This document shows positions 24,891 to 64,000 of a stretch of 64,000 bases of DNA, one piece after another (positions within the stretch are counted from its first letter, which is position 1; each line of letters begins with the position of its first letter). The notes under the pieces were generated by a model. That model had not been told where the DNA came from. It saw only the letters and a list, made by a program, of their open reading frames with translations, and made no database searches. The translations under genes and the position numbers were made by a program. Location: positions 45,384,001-45,448,000 of the forward strand of contig OZ241828.1 of assembly GCA_965202585.1 (NCBI GenBank), given 5' to 3'. The stretch is from Thalia democratica (Eukaryota).

Positions 24891-25589
24891 AATTTATTTT
24901 TTTTGCAGGACTTGATTTTAGTTGGCAGTGATTTGAGTGGGTATTGATAGTATACCGCTAATTAAGTATAATTTGGAAGTTAAAAGCTTTTCATAAAATG
25001 CGTTTTCTAAGTACAGAAGTTTTTTTTTTTCAATTGTTAGATTTTAGTTAAAAAAAAACTTCTCGAACGTCATCAAAAAAAACATTACAACTAAACTTGA
25101 AATGTTTATTTAATATAAAGTTCAAACTTCTTTACTTTTAAAACATAGTTAATGTTGCAAAATATAACACAAATCTGTCACTCAATAAAAGCACACTGAC
25201 TGAAGTTGAAATGTTGTTTATAAAATCAGTTTTAAATTATTCACCTTTAGGAGCGTTTAAGTGATTAAAGTATAAGCTTAAAATATTATTAAATTTCAAT
25301 ACACCAAGTAAACTAAAGCTTCATCATAGCAATTACGAGTGGGAAAAATGTTCCCAGATTTGTTTTCAATTTTTTTTTTAGTACTTTATTTAAGGTTCGT
25401 GTTCGAAATTTTTCTTCATATACTAACTATTTTGCTAAACTTTATCCCAGGTCAGCTAAATATAATAAAACTAATACAAGTTGCTGTAAAAATGACTAAG
25501 TGTGATGCCGTTTTTGGACATTATCGCGTTGGGACGCTTAAATCAAATATAAGAAAACAAATAAAAGTAGCTGAATCCACAGTTGCAAA

Positions 25590-25850
25590 GAGCTCAGCAA
25601 CACTAGAGATTGTCCAATTAACGGAGGCCAGAACTTATTTCTTACAAAAAGCAACAACAAACCCGTTTGATAGATGGTAAGGAAGTACCCTAAACACTTA
25701 TTAAAAAAATGGTTCAGAAATGTAAAGTTGATCAATAATAAATCATGAAAACTGTAAAGGCTGATCTCAAATTTACTCTCTTGAAGCTTAAAAAGCGTTA
25801 ACGTCTTAGTGTCCTTAAATTAAAAAAGAGTGCTGAGAGATTTTTTTTTG
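25590..25850 (+). pseudogene. Possible hAT transposase C-terminal dimerisation-domain relic
   Basis: Broken frames give EARTYFL..TTNPFDRW, KYPKHL and KADL...KR*RLSV, resembling E..YL...NPL.WW...KYP.L...KAG....R.RLS. Contains stops and frameshifts. Confidence 0.35.
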
Positions 25851-26534
25851 GAACTTGTTGAAAGCTGGTACGCAGAAGGTTAAAATGACAAAAAAGTATG
25901 CACTGTGAAGGCATAGTTAGTTTCACAAATTGTCAGAGGACATTCCTAAAAACAATTTAACTGTTTACTGCTACGAGAAAATTATATGTCGAATAAACAC
26001 CGCCTGTTATGAGCAAAACGCTGCCATATCGGGTCTACCGACTAAAGAAGTTGGCAACCTTGTTATAGAACATTGAAAAATTGTATTAAAACTGATTTAT
26101 TTAGGGTCAAATAAAATAGTTAAAATTAAAAATACTACATATAAAAAAGTATTAGTTTGTCATGTAAAGAAGGAAGAAAAACTACTATAAGCTCAATCAA
26201 TATGCTTTTACTGATACTTCTATGGTTTAGTATGTCAACAAAGAGCAATTATAAAGTTTACTTTTGTTTTTTTCATCAAAAAATTATTTTTGATAAGAAT
26301 GAGAAAACACAAAAAAATATTTGTAAACCTATAATAAACATCAATTACAATTTTCAAACATACAAATACTGATAATTTGTCTACGCTCGATAGTTTACTT
26401 GTGTCTTGTAAGAGAACGTTTTGATATAAATCTAGTGTGATTGTTTCTTTTAACAAATAATTTTTTGAACAAAATAAAAGGCTATTGCACGTTTAAAATG
26501 TTATGATCCTGATCTATTTTAGATAACATTAACC

Positions 26535-26630
26535 AAAACTAGTGATCGACTGGATTGAAAAAATCTGGATCCGGCTGGAAACGGATCTTGATCCACTTAA
26601 AATTTTTGGATCCGGTAGATCATTAGTTTT
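26535..26630. mobile_element. Tiny inverted-repeat element
   Basis: AAAACTAGTGATCGACTGGAT...GATCCGGTAGATCATTAGTTTT. A related GGATCCGG-rich unit occurs at ~19623-19797. Confidence 0.45.
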
Positions 26631-27480
26631 AAGTAAAGCTTGGGTAAAAATACAGAAAAGTAATTTGTATTTAGCAATTAAAGTTTAAAAAGACGAGTTC
26701 AGCGAGTAGTTGCTGGTGAAGAAAGACACATTAAGATCATAATGTGTTTTGACTTGTGAGTACTTTAAACAAAGTATGAAGAATGCAACTTTTGTTTTTC
26801 TTCGTTAGTTTAAAAATAATGAGATATAAATTATCCTGTTTTTTTTTCACTTTTTATATTTTTAAGTTTTCTTAATTTGAATATAATAAAAATGTTCTAA
26901 ATTGGGTTCTCAATTTGCTGTTATTTGAAATGTCATAATTTAAGCTATTTTAGCTGTTTAATTGTCGAAATTTGAATGGTCAGATCTTGAATCACCAGAA
27001 CTGAACTGTTATTTAGCTGTGAATTAGCTGCTTAATTATTTATAAGAATTATTTCTTTATAAAAAATGACTGTTGTTTGAGTTCATTATCAAAAACTTAT
27101 AACTTATTCTCGAAAAAATAAATCAGTTATCAAAAATAAATCAGTTATTTAAAAAGAAGAGTTTTGTTGACATATAATTATTGCAAAAACATTTTTCAAT
27201 AAGTTCAGTTAAAATTTTCATCATACTTGTATTATTATCTTCTTTGCCACGTATTGATTATTGACTTTATTGGTTATTATATAAGTATAAAATTTAAATT
27301 GATTGTAAACTTTAAATATCAAATAAATCAATTGACTAAGTTAAAAAACAATTGATGATTAAATAATTAAGTGGAGTTTTTATCGAAAATCAATAAGCAT
27401 CAAGTAGCATAATTTATAATTAATCTATTGTTCTTGAAGTACTTTGTTTGTTGAACGTCAACCTCTTGAGTCTAAATCAT

Positions 27481-27488
27481 TATAAAAG
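27481..27488 (+). promoter_or_regulatory. Candidate TATA box of the giant secreted-protein gene
   Basis: TATAAAAG about 156 nt upstream of the ATG at 27637. Position only; AT-rich context. Confidence 0.3.
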
Positions 27489-27636
27489 GATCAATAGCAA
27501 TAACGTGGACATTGTGTTGTATTTTTATTGTCTAAAGACTGAAAAAGCAACGCAATTTAGGTAAAAAATTTACCTAAAATTTTCGCAGAAATCATTAAAA
27601 TTTGTATAGAAACAAATTTTGCAAAAAAACTAAATC

Positions 27637-64000
<36,364 letters not shown>

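Overview
Eukaryotic, very AT-rich genomic DNA (invertebrate-like; the TE content and composition resemble Hydra, but the species cannot be fixed from sequence alone). 0.2-6.5 kb is a TE cluster: a foldback MITE, a Penelope-like GIY-YIG fragment with a hammerhead ribozyme, and a rearranged Ty3/gypsy element that carries an RPLP2-like relic and ends in an inverted LTR. It lies just upstream of, probably within an intron of, a mitochondrial carrier (UCP-like) gene whose last three exons are at 6556-8596. 9-27 kb is gene-free and holds nested DNA transposons, including a 4.4-kb Mutator/foldback-type element with a 9-bp TSD and a hAT insertion with an 8-bp TSD. From 27637 to beyond the window end, one plus-strand gene can be assembled by hand from 32 phase-consistent GT-AG exons (>=6,720 codons). 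It encodes a signal peptide, three sushi-like modules, a gel-forming-mucin/vWF D1-D2-D'-D3 assembly, six Cys-rich VWC-like cassettes, and then at least 32 near-identical 111-aa Gly/Asp/Ala/Lys/Tyr-rich, Cys-free, Ser/Thr-poor repeats where a mucin would have a PTS domain. That 11.25-kb last frame is missing from the ORF track because it has no stop in the window; the many 67/70/105-aa ORFs listed there are shadow frames. A canonical minimal hammerhead ribozyme sits antisense in one of the gene's introns.
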